From positions 1 through 64,000 of the IMG/VR virus record IMGVR_UViG_2904156775_000002: 64,000 nucleotides of DNA, one strand, 5' to 3'. Within the stretch, counting starts at the first letter, position 1, and each line of letters starts with the position of its first letter. The stretch comes from a virus. Taxonomy: Duplodnaviria; Caudoviricetes. The notes beneath the pieces are model-generated. The model did no database searches. It saw only the letters and a program-made list of their open reading frames with translations, and was not told where the DNA came from. The position numbers were made by a program, and so were the translations under genes. Shown in pieces: positions 39,862-49,064 of the stretch.

Positions 39862-39961
39862 AATGTCATCCTAAACAAGTGAAATAACTAATCTTAGCCT
39901 CCCTCAAGAGAAAATAATGTCATCCTAAATTGATATTTTTTCAGATCTTACTTGAGAGAGG
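39862..39961. repeat. 14-bp direct repeat pair interleaved with an 11-bp inverted repeat
   Basis: AATGTCATCCTAAA at 39862 and 39916; CCTCCCTCAAG (39898) / CTTGAGAGAGG (39951), 1 mismatch. Confidence 0.6.
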
Positions 39962-39967
39962 ATTTTT

Positions 39968-40345
39968 TTATTCATCAGTCCAATATGTTTGTCTGTTTTT
40001 CGACATAAATGTTTTTGTACCGTCTTTAAAGTAGATGGTCAACTCTTCATATACGGGACTAACCCTAATACTCTCTATCCTATCTATCAGCTCTTCTGCT
40101 ACAACTGTATCTTTGTTATCTTTACTGCTTCCTCTACCACCGATAATCCCTATATCCTTATACATATCAATTATAAAATGATTATGAATAAGTTCTAGCA
40201 GCCATTCCTCTTCCACTTTCCATCTAACGCAGCTACGGTAATTATGATACCCAGAACAAATGTACTTGCGCTTCCCTCTTTCGTTAACACCTCGAAAATT
40301 TTGATTGCAGTTGAGACATTTAATTTTCTTTGAAAAAAGATACAT
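39968..40345 (-). CDS. Stand-alone recombinase zinc-beta-ribbon protein
   Basis: LFSKKIKC..C.....Y.CS.Y....C....V.E and I..I.V....L.IYF, as in large serine recombinase C-termini. No catalytic domain. Confidence 0.75.
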   Translation of the reverse strand: MYLFSKKIKCLNCNQNFRGVNERGKRKYICSGYHNYRSCVRWKVEEEWLLELIHNHFIIDMYKDIGIIGGRGSSKDNKDTVVAEELIDRIESIRVSPVYEELTIYFKDGTKTFMSKNRQTYWTDE

Positions 40346-40441
40346 AGCTTACCTCCCATATAGTTTATTTTATAGCCTTAACAAATGTTATACAAACACT
40401 TGATTTTAAGTTAAGTTGTATGATATGATAATTTTCGTTGA

Positions 40442-40516
40442 AGGACGGTAGCTCAGAGGGAGAGCATTATCTTGACAGGGTAAGGGTCATGGGTTCGATC
40501 CCCATCCGTCCTACCA
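40442..40516 (+). tRNA. tRNA-Val(GAC)
   Basis: Cloverleaf: AGGACGG/CCGTCCT acceptor stem, GCTC/GAGC D-stem, TT-GAC-AG loop, TTCGATC T-loop, encoded CCA. Promoter-like TTGATT..TGaTATGAT upstream. Confidence 0.95.
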
Positions 40517-40855
40517 TAAACAATCAATGCGAGAAGACAATGGTCTTCTCTTTTTTTATTTTCCATTGAAAAGTTAAGAAAGACACTCGTTTTGCGAATG
40601 TCTTTTTTGGTTTTATATTCATTATGGATAATTTTTTCTTGAAAAATAAACTTAGCAGGTGAAACCAGATGTAGTGCTCTCGCTGAGCTAATCACGTTAG
40701 CGAAAAGATATTATATAACAAATATACGGGCGAAGGTCAACATTTTGGGCATCTGATTTTCAAAAAAATTTACCTGTAGAGGAATACCTTGCAACCTATT
40801 GGTCAAAGCTTCCGTCAAAGAATATGCAGCTGCAAATACAAAACGAGGTGAGCAC

Positions 40856-41809
40856 ATGAAGAAGAAACCGTTGTTAATCATGGCCCTTACAGTCATCCTG
40901 ATCTTTACGCTAGGACAAACCGTGATGGCATTCTCCGATGTAGCCAATAATCCTTATGGAGACAAAATCAAGGCGCTAAAGGAGAAAGGAATCTTAAGCG
41001 GGGTTGCCAACGACCAATTCAAACCCGGCGACAAGCTTACTTACGCATCCGGTATTTCCATGCTGGTAAAAGGCTTGGATCTCAATCTCGACCTTTTTGA
41101 TTTTATTAAGGAACCAAAAGCAAGCGACTTTTTCTCGAATTTGAGCGACGATGCTTGGTACTCCCATGCATTCATTGTTGCACAGGCCCATGGACTTGAG
41201 ATACCAAAAGATGTGAAGGCCAACGATCCGATTACCAAAGAGCAATTCGCCCATCACCTGTTCCAAGCGATGATGACGAAAGGCGACTACGCCTTCATCG
41301 AAATCTTCATGCTCATTAATGACGAAGCCGATGTGAACGGCGCTTATATGAACAGTATCCAAAAGCTGCTCATCAGTAAAATCGCATCCGTCGACAAAGA
41401 CAACAACTTCTACCCGACACAGCCGATTACACGCGGCGAAGCTGCTGCTTGGCTGCATGACGGCTTGAAATTCGTTGCTGAAACCAAGCCAATCGAGCCA
41501 CAGCCTGAGCTTCCTGAATTTGAACAAAAGCTTTCGGTTGAAGCTGTCAATGATTCCATTAATAAAGTAACCATCACGGCTCAAATGCCGCATCCGGGCT
41601 ACGGCCTGCGTATTGCTTCGATCCAATTCGATGGTGAGCAAGCGATTATCCACACAGAGCCTATCCTTCCGGACCCGGACAAAATGTATCCGCAAGTGAT
41701 TACCGAAGTGAAAGTATCGACTTATGTTGATGCAGCATTCAAGCCCGTCCTTCCCGCACAATCAGAAGGAAGCTCTTCGTCTAGCAGCGAAGCCATTGTG
41801 AACAAATAG
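40856..41809 (+). CDS. Secreted SLH-domain protein with PrcB-C-like domain
   Basis: Signal peptide, FSDV..GILSG..FKP, ITRGEAA, PHPGYGLRI..YPQVIT. Confidence 0.85.
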   Translation: MKKKPLLIMALTVILIFTLGQTVMAFSDVANNPYGDKIKALKEKGILSGVANDQFKPGDKLTYASGISMLVKGLDLNLDLFDFIKEPKASDFFSNLSDDAWYSHAFIVAQAHGLEIPKDVKANDPITKEQFAHHLFQAMMTKGDYAFIEIFMLINDEADVNGAYMNSIQKLLISKIASVDKDNNFYPTQPITRGEAAAWLHDGLKFVAETKPIEPQPELPEFEQKLSVEAVNDSINKVTITAQMPHPGYGLRIASIQFDGEQAIIHTEPILPDPDKMYPQVITEVKVSTYVDAAFKPVLPAQSEGSSSSSSEAIVNK

Positions 41810-41820
41810 TTTAACACATT

Positions 41821-41863
41821 AAAGTGCCGCTCCCTAAACCTGGTTTAGAGAGCGGCACTTTTT
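41821..41863. terminator. Bidirectional terminator
   Basis: AAAGTGCCGCTC...GAGCGGCACTTT between convergent genes. Confidence 0.8.
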
Positions 41864-41864
41864 G

Positions 41865-42542
41865 TCATTCATCCGGTATTTGCCAATCTACAGGCTGGAT
41901 GCCTCTTTCCGCAAGAAACACATTTGCTTTAGAAAACGGCTTGCTTCCAAAGAAACCATTTCGCGCTGCCAACGGGCTCGGATGTACGGAAGAAATAATG
42001 CCATGTTTATTCGTATCAATCGATTTTGCCTTATCCTGTGCATGCTTGCCCCATAATACGAATAAGGTCGGCTGCTCCCGCTCATTGAGCAACTCGATGA
42101 TTTTGTCCGTGAACGTCTCCCATCCCAGCTTCTTATGGGAAGCCGGCTTCCCGTCCTGTACTGTTAGTACAGTATTCAGCAGCAACACGCCTTGGCGTGC
42201 CCAAGACTCCAGATTGCCATGGATCGGTATGGCGCAGCCCAAATCCTCAGCCAGTTCCTTATAAATATTGCGCAGCGAAGGCGGCAGCTTCACACCCTTC
42301 TGGACGGAGAAGCTTAAGCCATGGGCCTGTCCAGGGCCATGATAAGGATCTTGTCCCAGAATGACAACCTTCGTATTCGCAAGCGGTGTAAACTGGAGTG
42401 CAGCAAATAAATGTTCTTTTGGCGGATAAATCGCTTCTTCCTGGTACTGAGCTTCTATCTTCTCTAGCAGTTTCTGCATATAGGGTTTGGACAGCTCATC
42501 GCTCAAATGTCCTTGCCAATCGTTGTCCGGTAGCATAATCAA
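41865..42542 (-). CDS. ung: Uracil-DNA glycosylase (family 1)
   Basis: VVILGQDPYHG..QAHGLSFSV, GVLLLNTVLTV, HPSPL. Confidence 0.97.
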   Translation of the reverse strand: MIMLPDNDWQGHLSDELSKPYMQKLLEKIEAQYQEEAIYPPKEHLFAALQFTPLANTKVVILGQDPYHGPGQAHGLSFSVQKGVKLPPSLRNIYKELAEDLGCAIPIHGNLESWARQGVLLLNTVLTVQDGKPASHKKLGWETFTDKIIELLNEREQPTLFVLWGKHAQDKAKSIDTNKHGIISSVHPSPLAARNGFFGSKPFSKANVFLAERGIQPVDWQIPDE

Positions 42543-42578
42543 TGTCTTCCAGCCTCCATCCCTTAACTCTCACTTCTA

Positions 42579-45185
42579 TTATAACTGGATATGGAATGGA
42601 AGCCTATCTCCCCATACGACAGATGTACCATCCTTCTTGAGCACATAGGTTGCACCTTTCAGCGCAAAGATACGATCGACATTTTGGATTTTGGCCGGGT
42701 GGTAGAAGCGGTCCACTCCCGTTCTCGTGTCAAAGTCGATAATCGCGCCATCTGAGCTATAAATGACGAAATGTCCATCGGCTCCCGTAACCGACATGGC
42801 ATTTTTGATATTGGCCGGTGTTTTGCAATCATCGCCCCAGCAGGCTACTGTCCCGTCCTTTTTCAATGCCATCGTATTTTGACCGGCAATGGCAATCGCT
42901 TTTACATTTTTAAGGCCTTTTGGCATTGCTGTACGCCCCGCAAGATCTCCCCATTCAACAACCGTGCCGTCCTTGCGAAGCGCTGCTGCATAGGATTGGC
43001 CGGCTGCAATCGCTGTGGCATTTTTGACAGTGGCAGGAACTTTGAGCACGGACGATCCGCTCCATCCCCATGCTTTTAGCGTACCGTCCTTCTTCAAAGC
43101 AAGCGAGAAGTCTGGGCCAGCAGCAATATCAATAACGTCTTTTAATCCGTTAGGCACTGTTGCTTCAGGATTTTTTATACGATTGCCTGCCATATCAGTG
43201 CCAGAATAACCTCCCCAAGCTTCAACCGTACCGTTATCCTTCAACACCAATGCATGCATGCTCGAAAATACATATTTCTTCAAGCCTTCTGCCCGCTCGG
43301 GAGCATCAGCCATGATGTAGCTGTTTCCTTGAACGGAAATCCGCTTATCTTTGCTAACTATAAAGCTTAGCTCATTATTTTTGTACAGGAATGTCGCGCT
43401 CTTTACATTCTTCAATTGGGTATTGTCATTGCGTTCATACGGATCAAGTACGATGACGTCCCCGTTCGCTAACACCCCGATATCGCCTGAAACTTGACGG
43501 AATGCCGTCTGGTCGTATCTGTTCAATTCCTTGCCTGTGTATGCGTCGAAAGCAATAGCAGTTCCATTGTCCATCAGTACCCATAACGCTTCGGAATGAG
43601 CGCCGAAGCTGATGGCCGCTGGCTTCACTTTTTCATTCTTTAATGAATCAATTCGTACAGAATGTCCAAACTCATCCCAAACCGTAACGGACACATCCTC
43701 ATTTAGAATTGCCGCATACGATCCACCGCTCGCAATAGCAGTTGCTTTTGCTGTTTGGGCAGGCATCATATTAGCTTTATACCCCCAAGCAACGACCGTT
43801 CCGTCCTTCTTCAAGGCCAGATTAGGAACTCCAGCAGCTATCGCAACAACATCATCAAGATCTTCTGGCACTTCGATAAAGCCTAGACGATTGCTTCCCC
43901 AACCCGTAACTTTCCCATCCTGGCTGAGCGCTAAGGAATACTCATACCCTGCAGCTACTGCCGTTACATTCCGAAGTCCAGACGGAACGGTCGCTTCCCC
44001 ATTATTGTTGTTGCCCCAGGCTATTACCGTTCCATCCTTTTTCATTGCAAGCGCATGTTGGCTTCTGGACACGGAGACGGACACCATATCCTTTGCAGCA
44101 GCAGGGATCTTTTTCAACTGGGGCGAACTGAACTTTGACCATTGCGTTAGCGTCCCATCATTACGAACCGCTACATACTCCGTATCATTCATGGCAACGG
44201 ATGAGATCGAAGAAGCCGCTTGTGCCGGGACAAAACCGCCATAAGAAGCAGAAGGCCATTGGACCAATTGACCTTCCTTCGTCAAGCCAAGGGCACCCGC
44301 TTCCCCGTCGGCTACCATAGCAGCGAGCTTTGGCATATCCGGAAGCAGTGAAACTTTGCCCTCTTTCCAAACGGCAATAGAGCCATCAGCCCGCAGCAGG
44401 TAAATCTCGTCAAATCCCGCTTCAATACCAACGATATCCCGGTAAGGCGCTGTTTGAAGCTCTGTCTTCTCGAAGCCGCTGCCCCAGGCAATTGCCCTTC
44501 CGTCTTTGGTTAGCGCCGCAGACACCTGCGAACCAGCTGCAATAGCAATGGCGTTCGAGACTTCTTTCGGAACCTTGGTATTGCCTCTGTAATCCTTGCC
44601 CCAGGCGATCACGGTTCCGTTCTTCTTCAGCGCCAGTGCATGATAAGCGCCGCCAGAAATATCTGCCACGCCCGCCAAACCCTTCGGGATTGCCGTCAGC
44701 GGGCTGCCCCCATCATTGCGGTAGCGGTGATAGGATACTTTTCCGTTCTTATGTACGATTAGCAGCGTGCCGGCACTTGCAGATATGGCTGCAGCATCCT
44801 TCACCTTCGCTGGATCGATTCCTGCGTGTATGCTTTGCAGAATATCCCCGCTGCCCCATTGGACAATCGAGCCGTTCTTCTTCAAGGCAAAAGCCATCTT
44901 GCCAGATGAGGTTAACGCCACCGCCTCACGCACGTTAGCAGGCGTCTTTGGCTCACCATTAAACGAATCACCCCACACGACAACAGAACCGTTATTTTTG
45001 ATTGTCATATAATGATATTGGTTTGAAGACAGCTTTTTTTGATTGGCAAGAACCTCAGCTGCTGTCAGTTTTGTGGCCTGTCCAGCGGAAACTGGCTGCA
45101 CGGCCGCCGCTGTTAGCGGCAAAACAGATAACAATACCAGGAATGCGATCATGATCGCTAGACTCTTCATCGACTTGCTTCGCAT
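42579..45185 (-). CDS. Secreted RCC1/BLIP-II beta-propeller repeat protein
   Basis: Signal peptide; many IAAG..hsLALKKDGTV.AWG repeats. Confidence 0.88.
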   Translation of the reverse strand: MRSKSMKSLAIMIAFLVLLSVLPLTAAAVQPVSAGQATKLTAAEVLANQKKLSSNQYHYMTIKNNGSVVVWGDSFNGEPKTPANVREAVALTSSGKMAFALKKNGSIVQWGSGDILQSIHAGIDPAKVKDAAAISASAGTLLIVHKNGKVSYHRYRNDGGSPLTAIPKGLAGVADISGGAYHALALKKNGTVIAWGKDYRGNTKVPKEVSNAIAIAAGSQVSAALTKDGRAIAWGSGFEKTELQTAPYRDIVGIEAGFDEIYLLRADGSIAVWKEGKVSLLPDMPKLAAMVADGEAGALGLTKEGQLVQWPSASYGGFVPAQAASSISSVAMNDTEYVAVRNDGTLTQWSKFSSPQLKKIPAAAKDMVSVSVSRSQHALAMKKDGTVIAWGNNNNGEATVPSGLRNVTAVAAGYEYSLALSQDGKVTGWGSNRLGFIEVPEDLDDVVAIAAGVPNLALKKDGTVVAWGYKANMMPAQTAKATAIASGGSYAAILNEDVSVTVWDEFGHSVRIDSLKNEKVKPAAISFGAHSEALWVLMDNGTAIAFDAYTGKELNRYDQTAFRQVSGDIGVLANGDVIVLDPYERNDNTQLKNVKSATFLYKNNELSFIVSKDKRISVQGNSYIMADAPERAEGLKKYVFSSMHALVLKDNGTVEAWGGYSGTDMAGNRIKNPEATVPNGLKDVIDIAAGPDFSLALKKDGTLKAWGWSGSSVLKVPATVKNATAIAAGQSYAAALRKDGTVVEWGDLAGRTAMPKGLKNVKAIAIAGQNTMALKKDGTVACWGDDCKTPANIKNAMSVTGADGHFVIYSSDGAIIDFDTRTGVDRFYHPAKIQNVDRIFALKGATYVLKKDGTSVVWGDRLPFHIQL

Positions 45186-45400
45186 TGTACACTCTCCTCC
45201 AGCAATTGGATAAATGGACATCCTATTATTATATGGCAAATAGGTATATTTGTCTCTTTTTGTCTGAACAGGGAGAAGAGAAGCGTATTTTCATAGGATA
45301 AAAGAATGATAAGCGGAGTGACCTATTTTCAAATATCGCCAATTTGCGATTTATGAGGTAAGCTAAAAGCTGATTACTTTGAAAGGGGCTAGTCGAAGTT

Positions 45401-46039
45401 TTGAAAAAAATCATCATATTCTCATTCATCATGGTCCTGTTGCTTACTTCTTGCGGAGGGTATGAAACCAAGACGCTTCTATCAACGGAGTATGAATACG
45501 AGTTGGTATTCCCTAGCGACAAATATCCGGAGACTGCTCTCCATATTCATGGGGCGATCGAGCAAGGCTACTCCAGCATTTGTACGATTGATCGGGACGG
45601 GGCTGAAGCCAATCGCAAGCTATCGCTTGCCGGGATTGATACAAGAGATGGCTATGACAGGGACGAGTGGCCGATGGCCATGTGCGAGGAAGGCGGAAAA
45701 GGAGCTAGTGTCGCGTACATAGATTCAAGCGATAACCGCGGGGCCGGGAGCTGGGTTGGACACCAGCTGTCAAGCTATCCGAACGGAGCAAAAGTGTTGT
45801 TTATCGTGGATAAGCCGAAGGTGCTGTTCCCTAATCATCCCGTGACTGCTAAGCCGTCGGATGCTCCAGTGGAGACACCTATAATAGAGGAGCTTCAAGT
45901 TGAAGAAATAATGGATGAGGTTATTGTATACGCCAACTGTGCCGCTGTCAGAGCAGCCGGCAAAGCTCCGCTACATGAAGGCGAACCCGGCTACAGCCGG
46001 AAGCTGGATCGGGATGACGATGGGGTTGCTTGTGAGTAG
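45401..46039 (+). CDS. NucA/NucB-family DNase lipoprotein with excalibur Ca-binding domain
   Basis: Lipobox LTSC; [30 protein letters not shown]; [12 protein letters not shown]....PGY..KLDRD.DG.ACE. Confidence 0.92.
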   Translation: MKKIIIFSFIMVLLLTSCGGYETKTLLSTEYEYELVFPSDKYPETALHIHGAIEQGYSSICTIDRDGAEANRKLSLAGIDTRDGYDRDEWPMAMCEEGGKGASVAYIDSSDNRGAGSWVGHQLSSYPNGAKVLFIVDKPKVLFPNHPVTAKPSDAPVETPIIEELQVEEIMDEVIVYANCAAVRAAGKAPLHEGEPGYSRKLDRDDDGVACE

Positions 46040-46040
46040 G

Positions 46041-46076
46041 AAGAGTGCTGCGAAGGGGATTCGCAGCACTCTTTTT
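46041..46076. terminator. Bidirectional terminator between the nuclease gene and element 2
   Basis: AAGAGTGCTGCGAA/TTCGCAGCACTCTT. Confidence 0.8.
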
Positions 46077-46105
46077 AGTATCGAGGTACATTTCAAGAGG
46101 ATTAG

Positions 46106-48739
46106 TTATAAAGCATGCCAATTTAGTTTTAAGTTAAAGCTTTCTGTCACGCTGCTATGATAATTATAGAATGTCAATTTTAAAGCTATTACACTACCAT
46201 CGTTAGGGTCAGGCATGAGGTCAGCATCATAGAGCATCGTATAGCTTCGTGCCCATACTCTCGGCGATAATACATGAATACCGTAAGGAGGCGTATTCCT
46301 TTGTCCAGATACATGTCCCCGCACGTTATCTACATCTACATATGTAGCCCATAGGGAACGACCAAGCCCGTCAGCATTATTGGCTGCCTTGCGCCCTACA
46401 GTTAATTGTGCGCCATAGTTGAAATTATCGTATTCCGTATTACCCTCTAACGAGATGGATAGATTGAGACTGCGGCGACCTTTGCCTATTGGGATATAAT
46501 AGGTTTGATATTCTTTGGGTCCAACAGAGACGCTTAAGGGTCTGGCTCCATATGGAGTGCCTCCAAATGCGACATCTCCTCCCTCCGTCCGGATTGATCG
46601 CTCATCTCGGTACCGAGGATCGTGGTATATTCGCTCTTTGAATAAAGGAAAACCGTTAGGATCAAAATGTTTATTAATATTTAGATTTCCTCCAGGGTCT
46701 TCACCGCCATATCCAATTAATATATAGCCTATTCGAAGACTACCGTCCGGCGGATTAGGAGGATATGCAATTCTTCCCCCTTCTGTACCAGCACTCAAGT
46801 AATGTATAGTACTGTTCTTATCAATGTATAGATATCTATATTCCCAGCCGTCTAGATCGCTTTCGGATACAATTAATGAACGGTTACTAAACCTAGTCTC
46901 AGGTATTAGCTTATACGACCCATCCGGCATAATAACCTCAGAAGCTGAAACTACGATGTCAGCTGTCAATTTGGGCCATAAAAAAACAGACCCTGATTTC
47001 AAGTAATTATCACTTACCCCATTTACTCCAGTGAAGGAGTTTGCAGTTTTACCTGTGTATTCAAATTCATAAACAAATCCAAATAAGTTAGGGTTAGTTA
47101 TATCGTTAATATAGGCAGTCCCGCTTTCCGGAAATTGCTCCGTCGATTCCACATAAATCGTAGAAGCATTGATTGCGACAGCTGATGTCAACAACGTTTT
47201 AACTACCTCTTGCTTTCGATTCTCTATTCTAATAATACCACCGCTATGAATTCCTTTTCCCGCGATATCGTCAAGTCCTTTTTGTGTAATAGAACTCCAA
47301 GCATCTTGTAAGGCTTGCCTCAGGTAGGCTAGTTTCCCGGATAAAGCTGCGAATTTAGAGTTGACCTCTGCTCGTTCGTCCGGAGTAATTCCGGAGTCTG
47401 CAATTGCTGTCTCAATTGCGGTTAGCAGATCGTTAAAAGAAATATCATACTGCCGTTTAGCGTTTCCAAGGGCACTTTTCAACGTTACATTAGTCAAATA
47501 TAAACTGGAATAAATCCGTTCGTATTCTGCATCCACATCCGCTTTTTCCTTGGCCAACTGGAGCTTATGCTCAGCTATGATTTGCTTTTCAGCTTCACTA
47601 ATCAGACCGTCAGCAAACGAAGTCTCTATATAGTCTTCAAAATCATATTGTGCACGCTCAAGCTCCAATTGCTGCTGCTCCAGCTCAGCAGTACGCTTCT
47701 CCACCAGCATTTGGTACTCCCTTTGTTTACGACGGTATTGGAGCAAATAGTCAGAAACGTACAGCTCGCGATAATTGCCTAATACAAATCTAGGCGAGAC
47801 TCGCTTTTCAAACGGATTGCGTTCATGCTCATAAATTCTGGCTGATAAATGATACCCCATCTTCTCATTGATAACCAGTACGTCATCTCCAACGTTTACT
47901 TCACTGAGCTCAATCGATTCAATATCATAGCTTTCACGCGGTAGTTCGTAATTCTTCAAATATCGCTCCATTACAGCTAACAACTTTGATTGTTCATCGA
48001 TGTCGGACCATTCCATCTTTCCTTCATATGGGCGCTGTGAATCGTAGTAAGGAGAGTCTAAATATTTTTTTGTATGCCCCAAATAACCCTCAATCGTCAA
48101 CCCATCTTTTCCGTATCCATATAACCGCGTAATTCGCTCCGTATCTTGAACAGTACGACGAATGGATTTCAGATTTTTGCGGTAACGAATTTGTTTACCT
48201 GAATTAACTCCCTTTCGAGTTGTGAAGGTAACCGTATAGTTGTCGTATGATAAATCCGCATTAAACACTTCACGCAGCTCATGAAGAAGAGCAAGCTTGC
48301 TCTTCTCACCCCATTCAAATATATCTTGGGCAATGAAAGTACCATTAATATTAAACATGAACGGCGTTCCCGCAAAAAGTCGAGTAAGCATTGTCTCAAT
48401 GGTTTGCGCAGCTGCAAAATCAATATAGTCTTCATGATAGTAACGGCCCAAATCAAAGAAGATATGATGAGCTTCAATCTCCATATATGCATTTGACACA
48501 TCATGTTTCTCATCTGACTTCCAAATCAGAAAACGCTGGTCTTTTTCAATCTCATTTGGAAATCTGATTTCATAACCCGTTTCAATCATTTCGTAACGTT
48601 CATCGTCCCCTGGCAGTTTAGGATAACGAAATGTAATATAATATTCGCCGTTTAATACTTCGCGAACACGAACGGAAGAGGCGGCTGGCAAATAGGCCAA
48701 CCGCCCCTCGTTACTCCATAACTCTAATTTGGAAATCAT
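46106..48739 (-). CDS. Tal-type phage tail spike protein (prophage tail/endopeptidase family) with C-terminal putative binding region
   Basis: E.LNGEY...F.YP, AHHIFFDL, IRYRKNLK.I......ITRLYGYGKDGL. Confidence 0.85.
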   Translation of the reverse strand: MISKLELWSNEGRLAYLPAASSVRVREVLNGEYYITFRYPKLPGDDERYEMIETGYEIRFPNEIEKDQRFLIWKSDEKHDVSNAYMEIEAHHIFFDLGRYYHEDYIDFAAAQTIETMLTRLFAGTPFMFNINGTFIAQDIFEWGEKSKLALLHELREVFNADLSYDNYTVTFTTRKGVNSGKQIRYRKNLKSIRRTVQDTERITRLYGYGKDGLTIEGYLGHTKKYLDSPYYDSQRPYEGKMEWSDIDEQSKLLAVMERYLKNYELPRESYDIESIELSEVNVGDDVLVINEKMGYHLSARIYEHERNPFEKRVSPRFVLGNYRELYVSDYLLQYRRKQREYQMLVEKRTAELEQQQLELERAQYDFEDYIETSFADGLISEAEKQIIAEHKLQLAKEKADVDAEYERIYSSLYLTNVTLKSALGNAKRQYDISFNDLLTAIETAIADSGITPDERAEVNSKFAALSGKLAYLRQALQDAWSSITQKGLDDIAGKGIHSGGIIRIENRKQEVVKTLLTSAVAINASTIYVESTEQFPESGTAYINDITNPNLFGFVYEFEYTGKTANSFTGVNGVSDNYLKSGSVFLWPKLTADIVVSASEVIMPDGSYKLIPETRFSNRSLIVSESDLDGWEYRYLYIDKNSTIHYLSAGTEGGRIAYPPNPPDGSLRIGYILIGYGGEDPGGNLNINKHFDPNGFPLFKERIYHDPRYRDERSIRTEGGDVAFGGTPYGARPLSVSVGPKEYQTYYIPIGKGRRSLNLSISLEGNTEYDNFNYGAQLTVGRKAANNADGLGRSLWATYVDVDNVRGHVSGQRNTPPYGIHVLSPRVWARSYTMLYDADLMPDPNDGSVIALKLTFYNYHSSVTESFNLKLNWHAL

Positions 48740-48885
48740 TCCAACTCGCCGCCTTCAACTCCAGGTGAGCTTGTCTCTATCATCAACATTGTTCGATATG
48801 GCTCAGGAACATAATCAATTGGGAGCCGCCCTGATTGGACTGCTGTACGGTACATTCCAAGGTAGATTTCGTTTACATTATTCAT
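48736..48885 (-). CDS. Small CD1375-like fibre-associated protein, 49 aa (absent from ORF track)
   Basis: MNNVNEIYLGMYRTAVQSGRLPIDYVPEPYRTML...; GGAGG RBS; ATGA overlap with the Tal gene. Confidence 0.65.
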   Translation of the reverse strand: MNNVNEIYLGMYRTAVQSGRLPIDYVPEPYRTMLMIETSSPGVEGGELE

Positions 48886-49063
48886 CTGCATTTCCTCCCT
48901 CCAATATTTCAATTCTATTTCTTAAATAATCGACTTCTGACATAAGAACTGTAAGTAGCATAGTCGCCATCTCCATGTTCAGCTGAAATGTACTTTTATG
49001 AGGAGCCACCTCTATCCCCTTTGACTTGAGATAATCCACCGCATTTTGCAATGATGGTTCCAT
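48878..49063 (-). CDS. Small coiled-coil fibre chaperone-like protein
   Basis: Translationally coupled between the fibre gene and the CD1375-like gene. Confidence 0.6.
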   Translation of the reverse strand: MEPSLQNAVDYLKSKGIEVAPHKSTFQLNMEMATMLLTVLMSEVDYLRNRIEILEGGNADE

Positions 49064-49064
49064 A

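Larger units (their letters stand above)
784..40516. mobile_element. Element 1: capsid-less SPbeta-like phage-derived tail cluster (candidate tailocin locus); boundaries approximate
   Basis: MrpR-, YopQ- and YonO-like genes plus tail, holin and amidase genes. No recognisable head, packaging, replication or integrase genes and no att repeats found. Confidence 0.75.

Noticed and set aside
40442-40516. tRNA as the integration site of element 1
   Set aside because: Its 3' end points away from the element and I found no duplicated tRNA fragment at the left end.
40453-40695. 80-aa minus-strand ORF
   Set aside because: It overlaps the tRNA antisense and is spurious.
40994-45012. Long antisense ORFs (e.g. 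40994-41761, 41824-42264, 43612-44244)
   Set aside because: Shadows of well-supported genes on the other strand, without motifs or RBS.
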